DNA from: Selaginella moellendorffii
Lineage: Eukaryota > Plantae > Lycopodiophyta
Assembly: GCF_000143415.4 (NCBI RefSeq)
Contig: NW_003314266.1
Coordinates: 251,475-315,474, forward strand
Direction of reading: 5' to 3'
DNA length: 64,000 bases
Under the pieces are notes generated by a model that was given only the letters and a program-made list of their open reading frames with translations, searched no databases and was not told the DNA's origin. Shown here one piece after another: positions 1-12,894 of this stretch. The translations under genes were made by a program, and so were the position numbers. Position 1 is the first letter of the stretch, and each line of letters starts with the position of its first letter.

Positions 1-50
1 AAAGAAATCCCGACAGTCAGCCAAGAGAGATCGAAAAACCTTCGCTCTAC

Positions 51-170
51 CTCTGGAATCGGCTGCTCCGATGCCTTGGTGAGGCCGACCGTGGCAAGAT
101 CAGCCGCTGGTGACGACGAATCGAGCACTGTGCGCGCGTTTCCCACCTTTGTGGACATATCGCGCGTCAT
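51..170 (-). CDS. Probable first coding exon of a gene running off the left edge (MTRDMSTKVG...QPIPE); product unknown
   Basis: ATG at 170-168 in a gccgccATG context, 40 open codons, then a GT donor at 50-49; telo-box AAACCCTAG (~273) and GGCCC motifs upstream. Confidence 0.45.
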
Positions 171-1321
171 GGCGGCGTAGCGGAGGCGAGGAAGAGGACG
201 ACGATTGGAAGCGCTGGCGCACAGACAGTGTGATGCGGCGCCTAGAACAGCGTCCGCGCCTAACCTCGCAGAAACCCTAGCCAAAACGTAGGCCCGGCCC
301 CAAGCACATAGAGTGGCCGCCATAGCCTATGTTATACTCGCCTTGGCTATATGACATGGTTCCCAGGGGAAAACGCCGACGTGGACATAAAAGTGCCGCT
401 AGCGTGGCAAAACACAATCACTATGACATGATTAAAGTCCTGAAGAACACCGTCTCGTGTTTTCCGCCTGACACAAAGTTCATTTCGCCCATGCTAGGCA
501 ATTCTTCGTACGATCACCGCAGGCCTAGATCGATCCATTCTCTGTTAGCGAGCGCTAGAAGTGGAGAACCAAAAAATTCTTACTTCACGCTGCCAAAGTT
601 TTGTCCCGCTCGCTCGAGATCGCAAGTTGCAAATCTGGCACAGTGCCAGAGATTTTAGTCATGAAATGAAACAGTGTGTGGCTCCAAGAAGAACTCTTAC
701 TGCTGGCCAGAGCTTTCCTCGGTCGAATGCGACTGGATAATCAATCCACCAAAGTTTTAAGACGCTAGAGCGAGATGATCCAAAGGAGCAAAGGCGGTAT
801 CTAGTGACAAAGAGATACTTGCTTGGAGAAAAAAGACTCTTACTTCGAGGAACTCGCAGCGAGCGCTGATTGATGGACTTCTTTTTAAAAGCTCGCTAGC
901 TAGTACTCGTACGTGGATATGTTCTTCCCGAGGAGGCTAGAAGCAAGGAAACAAACAGGGAATTAGGCAAAGAAGAGCCTCAATCAGAGCCACCGACCAT
1001 TCAGTGCATCAAAGAGCTGGCTGTGCGAAAGAAGACACTGGCCTGGTAGATCCGTTCGTAGTCCATTCCCATCGCCTCTCTCGCCTCGATTCTCGCTCGT
1101 TCTACCCCGTTTCTACACGAAATATCAATTGAATATTGCGCAATCGCCAAATCCCTGGAAAAAAAGCTCTAAGATCATGCTTGCCGGCGCCATCTCCACC
1201 TCGATCTAGCGCCAGCGCTCTCAACCTCGACGAGAAATCTCTCGCATTGTCCAGCGCCACTCCAAGAGCCCTAAAAATACAAACAAATAGATTCCCACTT
1301 TTAAAAATCAAACGTTCCTTC

Positions 1322-3005
1322 CTATTGGTGGCTCCCTTGTTGCTTGCCCGACGCGAAGCTTACACCGTTGCATGGAGATGCCGACGCCGATGCCAAAAGA
1401 TTCTCGCCGGTCGATCCACTCCTGGCCGCTGCTGCCGCCTCCAATCTCCTCCACTTGGCCTCCCTCTTGTCCTCCACCACCTTGTGCTTGGCCTCCTCCT
1501 CCTCAAACCTCTTCTGGCACTCGCTAAACAGCTCGGGATCCATCTCTACCAGCATCTTGCGGACGTTGAGCGTCAAGTTGTGGACCGTCTGGTTCCAGTG
1601 GCTCCGGCTGTTCTTCTCCAGCGAGCTGAACACCAGCGGAAGAATCACTTGCCGGTTCTGCGCAACCAGGTTGACAATGTGATCGTTGTTCCAGAGAAAC
1701 AGCGCTCTCTCGGCTACCTGTGCGAGAAAGAAAAACCAGTTTTTGTTAGCTTTCGATCCTGGCAGCGTGAACACTACTGACCTGGAAGTGAGAGCTGTTG
1801 AGGCAGCGCGCGAGCTGACGAAACAACGGGACCATACAGCGCTGGAACTCGGCGGCTTGAGTTCCTTCCAGGATCTCCTCCATCTCGCCCAGGAAGAGCA
1901 CCTCTTTCTGGCTGTTGACAACGGGCCAGTACTTGAGGAGCCCCCGGATGACCGTGTCCGCCAGCTTCAGATCCTTCTCCACGAACTGCGTGATGCAGTA
2001 CGAGAGCTGCTGGTGGTACTGCGACACGAACCTCGGCTTGTGCAGCGGGATGAGCGCCCGGACGAGGAAGAGCTTGTGCTCTTCCTTGAGCGGCAGCGCG
2101 AAGCCGTTGATGATGCTCCCCAGGATCTCGAGCAGCTCCGCGATGCCGTTGTGCCTCTCGGTCTCGAAGATGAACCGATAGAAGATGTTGTTGATGGCCT
2201 TCCGGATGAATGGCCGGTGGACCATGAACTTGCCGTAAATCCTGTGAAGGATGGTCTTGAGGTAGTCCCTCTCCCTGGGATCGTCCGAGTCGAACAGGTC
2301 CAGAAGCCTCAGGACGAAGGCGTGGTCGACGTATCTCTTGGCGATCTTGGCGTCCGTGTCAGTCGAAACCACGTAGCGCAGCAAAAACTCGTAGACGAGC
2401 TGCAAGTGTGGCCATGCAGGATCCATGATCGGCTCCTCCTCCTCTTGCTCCAAGCTCTCCGACGACCCCGACAAATCCCTCGCGGATGGCGGCAAAGATC
2501 GGTGGATGTTGGCTGTGACCATCTTCACAACCTCCTCCGACACCACCTCGTTGAGCTTCCCCGTCGTCCCCGAAGAGATGTAGTCGACGAGCTCCAGCAG
2601 CGTCTGGCGCTTCATCTCTTTCTCCTTTGGATTCTTGGACGAGTCCGTGAAGTCGAAGGTGATGGAGCAGAGCTTGAGCTTCCGGACGAGTAGCGCTTGG
2701 CGGTCGGAGCTGGGAACGTCCTTGAGCGACACTAGCGGATCTGAGAAAGAGGTGGGTTGTCCATTCAAGGAGCTCTGGAGCTCCAGAGGCTTCGCTTGCA
2801 AGCTCTGGTGCTGCTGCTGCTGTATCAAAGGGCCGGAGCTACTCCTATAAGCGGTGGCAGCAGTAGCGCTGGATTTCCCGGCCGCCGCACCCGCGCGACC
2901 ATTCTGATGAGCTACCCCATTGGATTTCCTATCCCCGGACGATTCATTGTCCACTTTGGTCGATGCCGAGAGCTTGGGAAACCAATACCGCCATTTCTTC
3001 TTCAT
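1322..3005 (-). CDS. Protein phosphatase 2A regulatory subunit B' (B56 family); 2 exons (3005-1782, 1717-1322)
   Basis: B56 motifs [65 protein letters not shown] and SSHFQ|[11 protein letters not shown], split by a 64-nt GT-AG intron at 1781-1718. Confidence 0.95.
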
Positions 3006-3292
3006 CCCTGCGCCGGGCGAGCCTCACATCTAGCAATGTATCCCTTCCCTGCCGCAGATCCTTTCCCCAGCGGCGGCCTAAAACCCTCAAATTCCGGAGA
3101 TCCACGCCGATCTTACCTCGCAGCCAGCGAATGCGCGGCATTCTCCATACCTCGCGAAGAACAGCCGGATCTGTGGCCGGCAGATCCAGCCCATGGGGAG
3201 GCGACCCCCGCCGATTCGTGGCCACAGTAGGGATTGCAGCCGCGGCAGCTCAATCGCGAGCGGATCTTCGCTGCTCGTCCCTCTCTCCTGGC

Positions 3293-3301
3293 AAACCCTA
3301 G
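3293..3301. promoter_or_regulatory. Telo-box in the ~500-bp divergent promoter between the PP2A B' and PPR genes
   Basis: AAACCCTAG lying between two head-to-head genes. Confidence 0.4.
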
Positions 3302-3504
3302 GCGCTATCTATCCATCCATCGCAGCCGCAAACAATACTCTAGCAATGAGATAGAATATATAAGTGATTATAGCCCCAAAGCTCTGGCAAAATAAATGAG
3401 AGGATTCTAGATCCTTGGAATCTCCCCCCACGAAAGAAGAGCTCTTCTTCCAATCTTGCTTTCGATCGTTCGTTCGTCATGCTACATTTCTCGATCCGGG
3501 AGGA

Positions 3505-5589
3505 ATGCCAGCTCCAAGCGCGCAGGATCTCGCGGCGGCGGCGCGGCAGTGCGGCGGTGCCAGGGATCTCGCCTCCGCCCGACGCCTGCACGCTAGGGTT
3601 TGCTCCAGCGAGCACCGCGCGAGCCTCTTCCTCGCGAATCTGCTCATCGAGATGTACGGGCGATGCGGCGGCGTGGAGGACGCGCGCCAGTTGTTCCTCT
3701 CGCTGCCGGATCCCAATGTTTTCTCCTGGAATATCATGATCCAGTGCCTGATCCAGAATGGACTCGTCGAGGAGGCAGCGGGGATGTTTGATCAGATGCC
3801 GGTCAGGAGCATCGTCTCCTGGAATTCCATGATCGCGGCGAATGCTCACGCTGGAAACATGCGCCAGGCACTGGATCTCTTCGATCGGATGCCGCAGAAG
3901 GACATCGTCTCTTGGAACTCGATCGTCTCTGGCTACGTCCAAAGCGGAGAAATCTCGAAAGCGCTAGCTCTCTTCGATCGGATGCCCGAGCGCGATGTTT
4001 TCTCTTGGTCAGCGGCGATCATAGCAAATGCCCAGATAGGGAATCTTGCTGCCGCTGTGATCATCTTCTCCACAATGGCGGAGTGGAATGTGATCGCCTG
4101 GAACTCCATGATCACCTTGTACGCACAGAATGGATTCCTCCGTCACGCCAAGATCTGCTTCGATTCGATGCCCGAGCGAGACATGGCTTCCTGGAATGCG
4201 ATGCTGGCAGCATTTGCCCATGGCGGGATGATCCAAGAGGCGATCGATCTCTACCACCTGATGCCACGATGGGACACTCTCTCCTGGAACGTAATGATCT
4301 TCGTGTTCGCGGCGGCAGGAAAGATCCACAGAGCCAGGGAGATCTTCGACAGCCAGCGAGAGAGAAGCCCGAGCTCTTGGAACTCGATGATCGCGGCCTA
4401 CGCGCAGATGGGCGATTTGGAAGAAGCTCGCAGGCTGCTGGAAGCGATGGCGCTGCCGGATCCTCTGTCCTGGGCACCACTGCTAGCTGCTTACGCACAG
4501 AAGGGAGAGATCGCGGAAGCAAAATCCCTGTTTGATCGGCTGGATCGCAACAAGAGCATCGTCTCCGCAAACTCGATGATCTCGGCCTACACGATCTCCG
4601 GCAAGATCGACGCGGCTGCCACGATCTTCGACCAGATGCCCCAGAGAAATACAGCGACTTGGAACGCGATGCTCGCGGCGTATGCCCAAAGCGGCGATGT
4701 CTCCACCACGACCAGATTCTTCCACTCCATGCCGGCTCGCAGCGTCGTCTCGTGGACCACCATGATCGCGGCAATGAGCGAGAGCGGCGATCCAGGCCTG
4801 GCCAGGAAGATCTTTGACGGAATGTTGGATCGAAGCACTGTCTCCTGGAACTCGATGATCACGGGGTATGCCAGTAACGCTCTCTCCGACCAAGCGATTG
4901 CGCTCTTCCAGCTGATGATCGCGGAAGGAGTCCAGCCCGATGAGATCACTTTCGTGGCTGCTCTAGCCGCTTGCGCCGACTCGCAAGACTTAGAACAAGG
5001 CCAGCGAATCCATAGCATGATCGCGGAGTACGATTCCAAGGCAACTTCCACCACCATCGCCACCAGCGTTTCTTCGTCTCTCATCGCCATGTATGGGAAG
5101 TGTGGCTGCCTCGAGACCGCTGCTCACGTCTTCCACAGCGTTGCTCGCAAGGATCTGGTCTGCTGGAACGCGATGATCGCGATTTACGGCCAAGCTGGTC
5201 ACATCGTCCGGTCCCTCGAGACCTTTCACAGCCTACACCTGGAAGGAATGCTGCCGGATCAAGTCACGTTCGTCTGCGTTCTAGCTGCGTGTAGCCACGC
5301 TGGTCTGCTCGAAGTTGGCTACCAGATCTTCTGCTCGATCACTGTGAGCTACGGTCTATCCTTGCTCGGAGATCACTGCCGCTGCATGGTTGATCTCCTC
5401 GGACGCTCTGGCCGGCTGGAAGAGGCGGAGGAGTTGATACGTTCCATGCCATCCCAGGCGGGGAGCTCCGCCTGGACGAGCCTGCTTGCTTCTTGCCGGA
5501 TCCATAGCGACGCACGGCGAGCCGCCAGAGCCGGGCGGTATGCTAAAGCACCAGTTTTGCTCACCAATATCCTCGTCGAAAGTCACTGA
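3505..5589 (+). CDS. PLS-class pentatricopeptide repeat protein with a short E-type C-terminus and no DYW domain; probable organellar RNA editing factor
   Basis: Intronless ORF with many 31-35 aa repeats (FDRMPERDVFSW, SWNSMIAAYAQ), PDEITFVAALAAC, CMVDLLGRSGRLEEAEELI and WTSLLASCRIH; first ATG at 3505. Confidence 0.92.
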   Translation: MPAPSAQDLAAAARQCGGARDLASARRLHARVCSSEHRASLFLANLLIEMYGRCGGVEDARQLFLSLPDPNVFSWNIMIQCLIQNGLVEEAAGMFDQMPVRSIVSWNSMIAANAHAGNMRQALDLFDRMPQKDIVSWNSIVSGYVQSGEISKALALFDRMPERDVFSWSAAIIANAQIGNLAAAVIIFSTMAEWNVIAWNSMITLYAQNGFLRHAKICFDSMPERDMASWNAMLAAFAHGGMIQEAIDLYHLMPRWDTLSWNVMIFVFAAAGKIHRAREIFDSQRERSPSSWNSMIAAYAQMGDLEEARRLLEAMALPDPLSWAPLLAAYAQKGEIAEAKSLFDRLDRNKSIVSANSMISAYTISGKIDAAATIFDQMPQRNTATWNAMLAAYAQSGDVSTTTRFFHSMPARSVVSWTTMIAAMSESGDPGLARKIFDGMLDRSTVSWNSMITGYASNALSDQAIALFQLMIAEGVQPDEITFVAALAACADSQDLEQGQRIHSMIAEYDSKATSTTIATSVSSSLIAMYGKCGCLETAAHVFHSVARKDLVCWNAMIAIYGQAGHIVRSLETFHSLHLEGMLPDQVTFVCVLAACSHAGLLEVGYQIFCSITVSYGLSLLGDHCRCMVDLLGRSGRLEEAEELIRSMPSQAGSSAWTSLLASCRIHSDARRAARAGRYAKAPVLLTNILVESH

Positions 5590-5950
5590 GTTTTTTATTT
5601 TTTTGTTTTCCATAGATCATAGGCGAGAAGTATCGATGAAGAACACGAAACAATATCCTTCGCGTAGAGCTGTAAAACGTTGAATATTGTTGTGACGCTT
5701 CGATGCTGCAAAGTTTTGAAATTTGTAGCAAAATAGACTACCTTTTCCCACAGGAGCAGCGTTTCGCAGGCGTCAAATTCATATTCCAGTGGCTCGTAGA
5801 TTTTAGATTGCCTCCTTAACATATTTCTATGTCGTGCACAAGTGTGTTTATAGTCCTGCTGTGAAGCATTCCACTTGTTGGAGGTAGGAACTGTAGTGTT
5901 CGTCAGCGAATTGTTGTTAACAAGCAAGTAGCAAGAAAAAAAATTTGAAG
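5580..5950 (-). pseudogene. Decayed fragment of the sialyltransferase-like gene
   Basis: 5581-5613 matches 7981-8010 (3' end of the intact gene); ~5680-5810 matches the exon at ~9370-9510 (YEPLEYEFD motif). Confidence 0.7.
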
Positions 5951-6107
5951 AAAGCATAACATGAGTTTGATAAAACCACTGTAGTGTTTGACTCCTCGGA
6001 ATCCATTTTTTTTATGTTCCCATGCGCTCCACGTGGTTGTGGTAGTATAAAATGGCGCAGTTTCCAGCCTAACTCTCACTCCTCTCTAGTGTGTTTCTTA
6101 TAAGATC

Positions 6108-7420
6108 ATGGCTCTCACAGCAGCTCCAAAGTTCTACAGCATCGAGTCAGTTGCTTATCCTGGCTACTATGTTACTCAGCAAGGCACCCAGATCGTTCTC
6201 AAGTCCAAGGACGCGCTCAATCCCTTCCAGGTAATCCGTGATCCAGATCTAGAACTTATCAAGATCACGTAGAACTTATCAAAGTTTTTATCATCTTGGC
6301 TTTGATGGGGAAACTCTTCTGCAGCTGTGGTACAGGGACGAGTCATGGCAGTTCCTGACCCAGGATACCAGTGACCTCCCTGCGTTCGTGTTTATAAACC
6401 ACGGCTCCAAGAAAGCTCTCCGCTCCCAGGAAATCGCAACTTCTCGACACGTTGCCAAGGTATAGCATCACTGCGAGTTTGTCTCACTTGAATACGTTTG
6501 CTCAAAATGAAATGAAAGGCTACTGTTCGAGACTATGATCCGGCTGCCGAGGACGATTCTCTCTTCTGGTCTGTTGGCCGACGCTCGGACGATCAAGTTT
6601 CGATCACAGTGACTGGGAATTCGTCTGTGTTCTTGAGCCACACTTCCTCAAGTTCCAACTTCAAAGACGGGGTGCCGGTGGTGACATCCACCAACGGTGG
6701 AAGCTCCCGGTGGAAGCTCGTCACTTACGGTAATCCTCTGGACTTGTGGCCAATTCCCTTTGATCTTCTCGTTGTGCTGCACAGAGCCTTCTCAAGTCTA
6801 CAGGATTCTGTGTCACTGGTTTGGGAATTACTTGACTTGGAAGCAGCAAAATGTGGACGTAACTTTCAAGGATGCAATCAAGCACAACGACGAGACAAAC
6901 GTGGTGGCTGTTAGTCCAAACAACATTTCCCTTGACGGCATGGTTTGTAACTTTGATCTGACACTATCATCTTGGATCTCACATGTGGTATCATAATAGA
7001 TATGGTACAAGGTTCCCGCCGGAGGCCGAGACGACACCACGTACTTCACCTCGTTCATCCTCATAAACAAGGTGACTGGTTTAGCACTCAAAGGGTCGAC
7101 AAAGCCGGGAGACAAGGTACTCTTTGAAAACTTTGAGGAACTTTCCAAACTAAACTTGACGATCATCGCAGGTGCTCTTGACTCAATATGATCCTCTCGA
7201 CTACAACTTCGTGTGGTCTGAGAACCGATTCCAGGCTTCAAACACGGACTATCTCGCGATCAATCTGGATGGAACAAACTTGCAGTGGGCTCTGCAGAAC
7301 GATGATCAGTACCAGAACAGTGCGTGGTACCATCCTCTTACGCTCCGCCCGGCATCTGCAAACCAAGGATATCTTGAGCAGCAGGCCTGGAAATTCAATC
7401 CAGTGGTGGCAGGCAGTTAA
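6108..7420 (+). CDS. Two-domain Euonymus-lectin (EUL, ricin-B-like) protein, copy 1; 6 exons, 330 aa
   Basis: Exons 6108-6230, 6325-6459, 6519-6729, 6785-6942, 7000-7116 and 7172-7420 join in frame via GT-AG introns. The EUL-like pattern occurs twice (QLWYRD..PAFVFINHGSKKAL..YDP..SLFWS..KDGVPVV..RWKL; WYK..FILINKVTGLALK..YDP..VWSE..QAWKF). Confidence 0.8.
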
Positions 7421-7468
7421 CCATGAACCATGCTGTACTCATTACCAGTTTTCTTCTTGCAAATAAAA

Positions 7469-7989
7469 CTCCCTGTTTGATTATGATCGGCTCGATCATC
7501 GTCTCCGCAAACACGATGATCTCAGGCTAACCTCCGGCAAGATCGCCTCAGCTCCCAGGATCTTCGAGATGTCCCGCGACGTCGTAAGCCCAAAGCGGCG
7601 ATGTCTAGATTCTTCCATGTCTCTTGGATGATCGCGATTTGGCCACGCTGGTCGCATCGTCCGGTCCCTCAAGATCATTCACAGCTTCCACCTGAAAGGA
7701 ATGCTGCCGGATCAAGTCACGTTCGTCTGCGTTCTAGCTGCGTGTAGCCACGCTGGTCTGCTCGAAGTTGCATACGAGATCTTCTGCTCCATCACTGTGA
7801 ACTACGGGCTTTCCTTGCTGCCGCTGCATGGTTGATCTCCTCGGATGCTCTGGCCAGTAGGAAGAGGCCGATGCATGCCATCGCAGCCGGGGAGCTCTGG
7901 CTGGACGAGCCTGCTAGCTTCCTGCCGGATCCATAGTGACGCACGGCGAGCTGCCAGAGCCAGTTTGCGTCCTCGTCGAGAGTCACTAA
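7469..7989 (+). pseudogene. Deletion-riddled duplicate of the PPR gene's 3' half
   Basis: Colinear with ~4525-5589 (e.g. ggaatgctgccggatcaagtcacgttcgtctgcgttctagctgcgtgtagccacgctggtctgctcgaagttg is identical) but with many deletions. Confidence 0.9.
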
Positions 7990-10028
7990 GATTTTTTTTG
8001 TTTCCCATGGCTGCGTTGCTGCTCCTGCTGTGGTCTGATGCACACCAGGTCCTCGAGCTTGTTGCCGTCGATCTTGTACATGGTGACGCCTTCCATGGCG
8101 CGGTAATGGTGTTGAGCTTGACTCCTCAGGGAGTTCACGCTTGTTTTCTCCCACTTTGAGTAGTTTGAGTTCTTGCGGGACTCGCTCATGTCTTTTGATC
8201 CTGACAGGCGTCCATTTCGAGATGAACTTCCCCATACTTTGCAGTTCTTGAAAGCTCCCTGGTCTTTGCCTGGCTTTCGTTTGTGTCCCATTGCTGCGTA
8301 GTAGGCTGCGTTTACTGTCGCTCGGGTCGGAATGACCGACCAGTCTTGCTTTCTGGCTTCTCGCATTGGAGAATGCAGCCTCATTGTCTGCATACATGGA
8401 GACTGTCAATGATAATCCATAGTCGTTCTTCTTACCCCGAGGCATTCCAACAGTTGATAGTAGGCTCTGCCTTGTAGTGGATTGTGTCCCTTGCGAGGAG
8501 CCGAAAAGTAACGAGTCCTATAGATGAAAAGAATGGTACAATGATAAGTTAGAAGAAGTGTGAGTCAATACCATTCCGTGTAGCCTGGATCCACCGTAAA
8601 ACCATACATATCCACCGAGTCACACATTGACAAGGCGAGCTCCAAAGACTTAATGCCTGTCCCTTTCGCTCCCCGACGGAAAACTACACCTTGGAACAAG
8701 TAGACAGGATTCGGAAGAAGCTGTAAAAGATAAAACTCAGTTAGCAAACACCATAGCAAGCGTCAAAGGCCCTATTACTTTTATTTTAGCGTTGAAGTCC
8801 CGATGTATAACACTCTTGATAATCAACACTTCATCATCTGCAAAAATCCTCTTTTGCATTAAGCCAGTACTTTGTTCATAGACTTCTACTACGTACCAGA
8901 TCCCTTTGCAACCTCAAGCAGATTTCTTACTACTCCACGAGCCATCAATCGAAAACTCCGTTTCATGCCAACATGCTTTGCGTATTTCTGTGAAATGGAA
9001 GCAACTTTTGCGAGCTCAGTAGTACGCAACCTTTGTGAGGTGATTACCGTGGTCACTGGTGCCTCATTGTCTCGGATGACAATATCGTGAGCATCTATCT
9101 CCTTTCCAAACTCCGTCTTTAAAAGGTCTCCCGAGTTTCCCACCACCGCACACGTCCTAAACTGGCGCGGCCAAAACGGTGGCTTTGGCGGTAGTATCAA
9201 CTCGAGATGTTCTTCGCACAGGCTTCGGTTGGAACAGTTAGCTGCACCCCTGCACAACTAGATTAAAAACTTCCATCAACATCAAGCTTAGCTTACAGTT
9301 GAGCTATTCGTTTTGCAGCGTAGTCCATCCAGCCATCGGGACGTGCATCCAAATACTCGCGAGTCAATATCGTTGTGACGTTTCGATACTGCAAACTCAA
9401 AAGCGTTATTTGAATCAAGAGCAAAATTTGCAGCAAAGTACCTGTTCCCACAGGAGCAGCGTCTCGCAGACGTCAAATTCATATTCCAGTGGCTCGTAGA
9501 TTTTGAACTGCTCATTACGCTGTACCGAGTAAACTTGTAAGCTTCGATCACGCAAAAATATTGTTAGTTACTTACCCAGGTACTATTTGTTCCCTCCGGA
9601 TATTTCAGCACGATCTTGCAAGCATCCTTCACGGTTGCAGTCAATCCAAGCCCATTTCTTTCCTGTAAAAAGAAAGCATTGAAGTATCACTACTCTCCAA
9701 CGAAGAAAACAAAGGAAAGAACATATAAGATCGAGAAAACTTACCACGCATTTTTGGACTTGACGCTGGAACGAATCAAGCGTAGAAGCGTCCCGATCTC
9801 GCAAGAAAAAGAAAAATCCTGGGCGCTGCAAGCCTACATTTCTCCCGCAACAAAGATCGATCGATCCACATCCAACAATCGCAGCGAGATACCTTCCAAG
9901 AAGAAGAGCCCTTGGGGCGCCAGGAACAGGAGGCAGATCAGGGACACCAGCGCCGCAATCGCGAGTGGGAGCGACAGTAGCAAGGCTCGCTGCCGCCGCT
10001 GCTGCTTGGGCGGCTGCTTCCACGCCAT
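7986..10028 (-). CDS. Sialyltransferase-like glycosyltransferase (GT29; MGP2/SIA2-like), multi-exon
   Basis: N-terminal TM segment; sialylmotif L ([32 protein letters not shown]); sialylmotif S ([22 protein letters not shown]); [18 protein letters not shown]; C-terminal [13 protein letters not shown]; short GT-AG introns. Confidence 0.9.
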
Positions 10029-10140
10029 TTTTCGCCCCCTCCTACGCACGGATCAAGCGAGCTCCTCCCTGTAAACCTAGCTCGGGGAGCAATGCTCAGC
10101 TGTCAGATTAAAGCAGGCTCAGTTAATTAAAATGTTAATG

Positions 10141-10195
10141 GAGGTATAGCTCAGCGGCTGCAGTCCGATAGGTCACCAGTTCAATCCTTCGCCAA
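10141..10195 (+). pseudogene. tRNA-Cys(GCA)-like relic
   Basis: GGTATAGCTCAG (A-box start), CTGCAG anticodon loop and GGTCACCAGTTCAATCC (B-box/T-arm); D-loop partly deleted and acceptor stem broken. Confidence 0.55.
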
Positions 10196-10452
10196 TAAAT
10201 TATCAAAACAAATCTGTCAGCGTTGGTCTTTATAAGCTGGACGCCACCATCGATAACCTTTCAGCCAACGCTACAAAGTCAGTGTAAGAAGTGTAAGAAG
10301 TGTAAGGAAGTGGAAGGCAGTGTGAAACACATGGGATAATGCGAGAGAAGCTGCCACTGTATAAATTGGCATACGTTCAAAGAGCTCTATAACTTCACAC
10401 TCATCCCTTTGGCTTCTCAAAAGCTTTAGTCTTTTCTTAAGAGTTTAGAGAC

Positions 10453-11739
10453 ATGGCTCTCACAGCAGCTCCAAAGTTCTACACCATCGAGTCCGCTGCT
10501 TATCCTGGCTATTGCATTACTCAGCAAGGCACCCAGATTGTTCTCAGGTCCAAGGACGCGCTCAACCCCTTCCAGGTAAAATCTTTGAAAACTTTGCCGG
10601 TTGTCGATCATCATGGGAAACTCTTGTGCAGCTGTGGTACAGGGATGAGTCATGGAACTTGCTGAACCAGGACTCCGCGTTCGTGTTTGTAAACCACGGC
10701 TCTAAGAAAGCTCTCCGGTCCCAGGCACACTCAACGTCTCGAAGCAAGGTAAACAGAAAACAGTATTCATACTATACACTGTTGCTGATCATGTGGAATT
10801 TTGATGGCAAAAGGCTACTATTGGAGACTATGATCCGGCAGTCCAAGACGATTATCTCCTGTGGCGTATTTCCGGGAGCCACGAAAATCAAGTCTTGATC
10901 ACCATGACTGGAAACAAGTCATTTTTTCTGAGCCACACTTCCTCAAGTGCTAGCTTCAAGGATGGGGTGCCAGTGGTGACATCCAACAGCGATGGAAACT
11001 CCCACTGGAAGCTCGTCACTTACGGTAAGCTCATGAATCATATGATTTGTTCTTCTCGGTTGTGGCTCATATATATGATGATGATGCACAGAGCCTTCTC
11101 AAGAGTACAGGATTCTATGCCACTGGGTTGGGCAGTACTTGACTTGGAAGCAGCAAAATGTGGATGTAACTTTCAAGAATGCAATCAAGCACAACGACGA
11201 GACAAATGTGGTGGCTATTCATCCAAGCAACGTTCCTCTCGACGGCATGGTTTGTACTTTTGTCGTTCTTTGTAATCTTATCTCATTCTATTTGATTACA
11301 TATAGACATGGTACAAGGTTCCCGCTGGAGGAAGAGATGATACCACGTACTTCACCTCGTTCGTTCTCATAAACAAGGTGACTGGTCTTGCTCTCAAGGG
11401 GTCAACCAAGCCGGGAGACAAGGTAACTAGTGCACACTGTTGAAAACTTGAAGAAGTTCGCAAACTAAACGAATTGGATGATCATGGCAGGTGCTCTTGA
11501 CTCAATATGATCCTCTCGACTACGGTTTCGTGTGGTCTGAGAACCGATTCCAGGCTTCACTCACGGACCATCTTGCGATCAATCTGGATGGAACCAACTT
11601 GCAGTGGGCTCTGCAGAACGACGATCAGTACCAGAACAGTGCGTGGTATCATCCTCTCGTGCTTCGCCCGGCATCTGCAAACCAAGTATTTAATACGCAG
11701 CAGGCCTGGAAATTCAATCCAGTGGTGGCAGGGAATTGA
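10453..11739 (+). CDS. Two-domain EUL lectin, copy 2 (apparently intact, 6 exons)
   Basis: Same exon/intron layout as copy 1; exons read without stops from MALTAAPKFY to QAWKFNPVVAGN. Confidence 0.8.
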
Positions 11740-11829
11740 CTATCAGCCATGTTGTATACATAAGGGACCGCTTACCACTTTTCTTCTTGCAAATAACAAG
11801 ACTTTCCACGGGAAAAAGAAGCTGAGCAC

Positions 11830-12890
11830 TCCCCATTTGTTTCCTTTTCCCATGGAAGCCATGAGCTTTCGTTCATTTCCAGTGTCTGCAAAAATCGAAG
11901 ATTTAAGAAAAAACAAAAACATTATGACTATCGACTATCATTCCATATAGACCATAAAACCATACATATCCACCGAATCTAGAATTTACTACGTACCAGA
12001 TCCCTTTGCAACCTCAAGCAGGTTTCTTACGACTCCATGAGCATCAACCGAAAACTCCGTTTCATGGCAATATGCTTTGTGTATTTCTGTGAAATGTAAA
12101 ATAAATAAATAAATAAACTTTTGTGAGCTCTCAGTAAGATGCAAGCTTTAGATAATTACCGTGGTCACTGGTGCCTCATTGTCTCAGATGACAATATCGC
12201 GAGCATCTATCTCCTTTCCAAACTCCGTCTTCCAAGTTTCCCACCTGTCTCAAACTGGCGCGGCCAAAACAATGGCTTTGGCGATAGTATATGTTCTTGG
12301 AACAGTTAGCTGCACCCCTGCACAACGATATAAAAAACTTCCATCAACGTGAAGCTTAGCTTACAGTTGTGCTATTCGTTTCGCAGCGTAGTCCATCCAG
12401 CCATCGGGAAGTTTCCGATGCTGCAACCTCAAAGTGTTGCTTCCAGAGCAATGAAGAGCAAAATTTGCAGGAAAATACCTGTTCCCAGTTTCGCAGACGT
12501 CAAATTCGTATTCCAGTGGCTCGTAGATTTTGAACTGCACATTACGCTATACCAAGGATAAGCAAATAGATTTTGCAAGCATCCGAAACAAATGAAAGAG
12601 AAGACGAGGAGATAGAATAAAATATGATCCAGAAACTTACCATGATGCTGGACCGACTCAAGCGTAGAAGCGTCCAAATCTCGTAAGAAAAAGAAAAATC
12701 CAGGGCGCTGCAAGCCTACATTTCTCTCGCAAGAAAGACCGATCAATTCACATCCAACAATCGCAGCGAGATTTTGCCTCACCTTCGCAGATCAGGGACG
12801 CCAGCGACAGTTCGCTGCCGCCGCCGCTGCTTGGGCGGCTGCTTCTATTTTTCGCTCCCTCCTCCCTCGCATTCTCTGTAAACCTAGCCA
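11830..12890 (-). pseudogene. Decayed duplicate of the sialyltransferase-like gene
   Basis: Colinear with ~8590-10080 with internal deletions; sialylmotif L is truncated and the start codon is lost. Confidence 0.85.
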
Positions 12891-12894
12891 ATCG

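Noticed and set aside
1136-2693. Plus-strand ORFs of 214 and 335 aa
   Set aside because: Antisense shadows of the GC-rich PP2A B' coding sequence.
3340-5613. Several minus-strand ORFs over the PPR gene
   Set aside because: Antisense shadows with no recognisable motifs.
10141-10195. Functional tRNA gene
   Set aside because: The D-arm is deleted and the acceptor stem cannot form.
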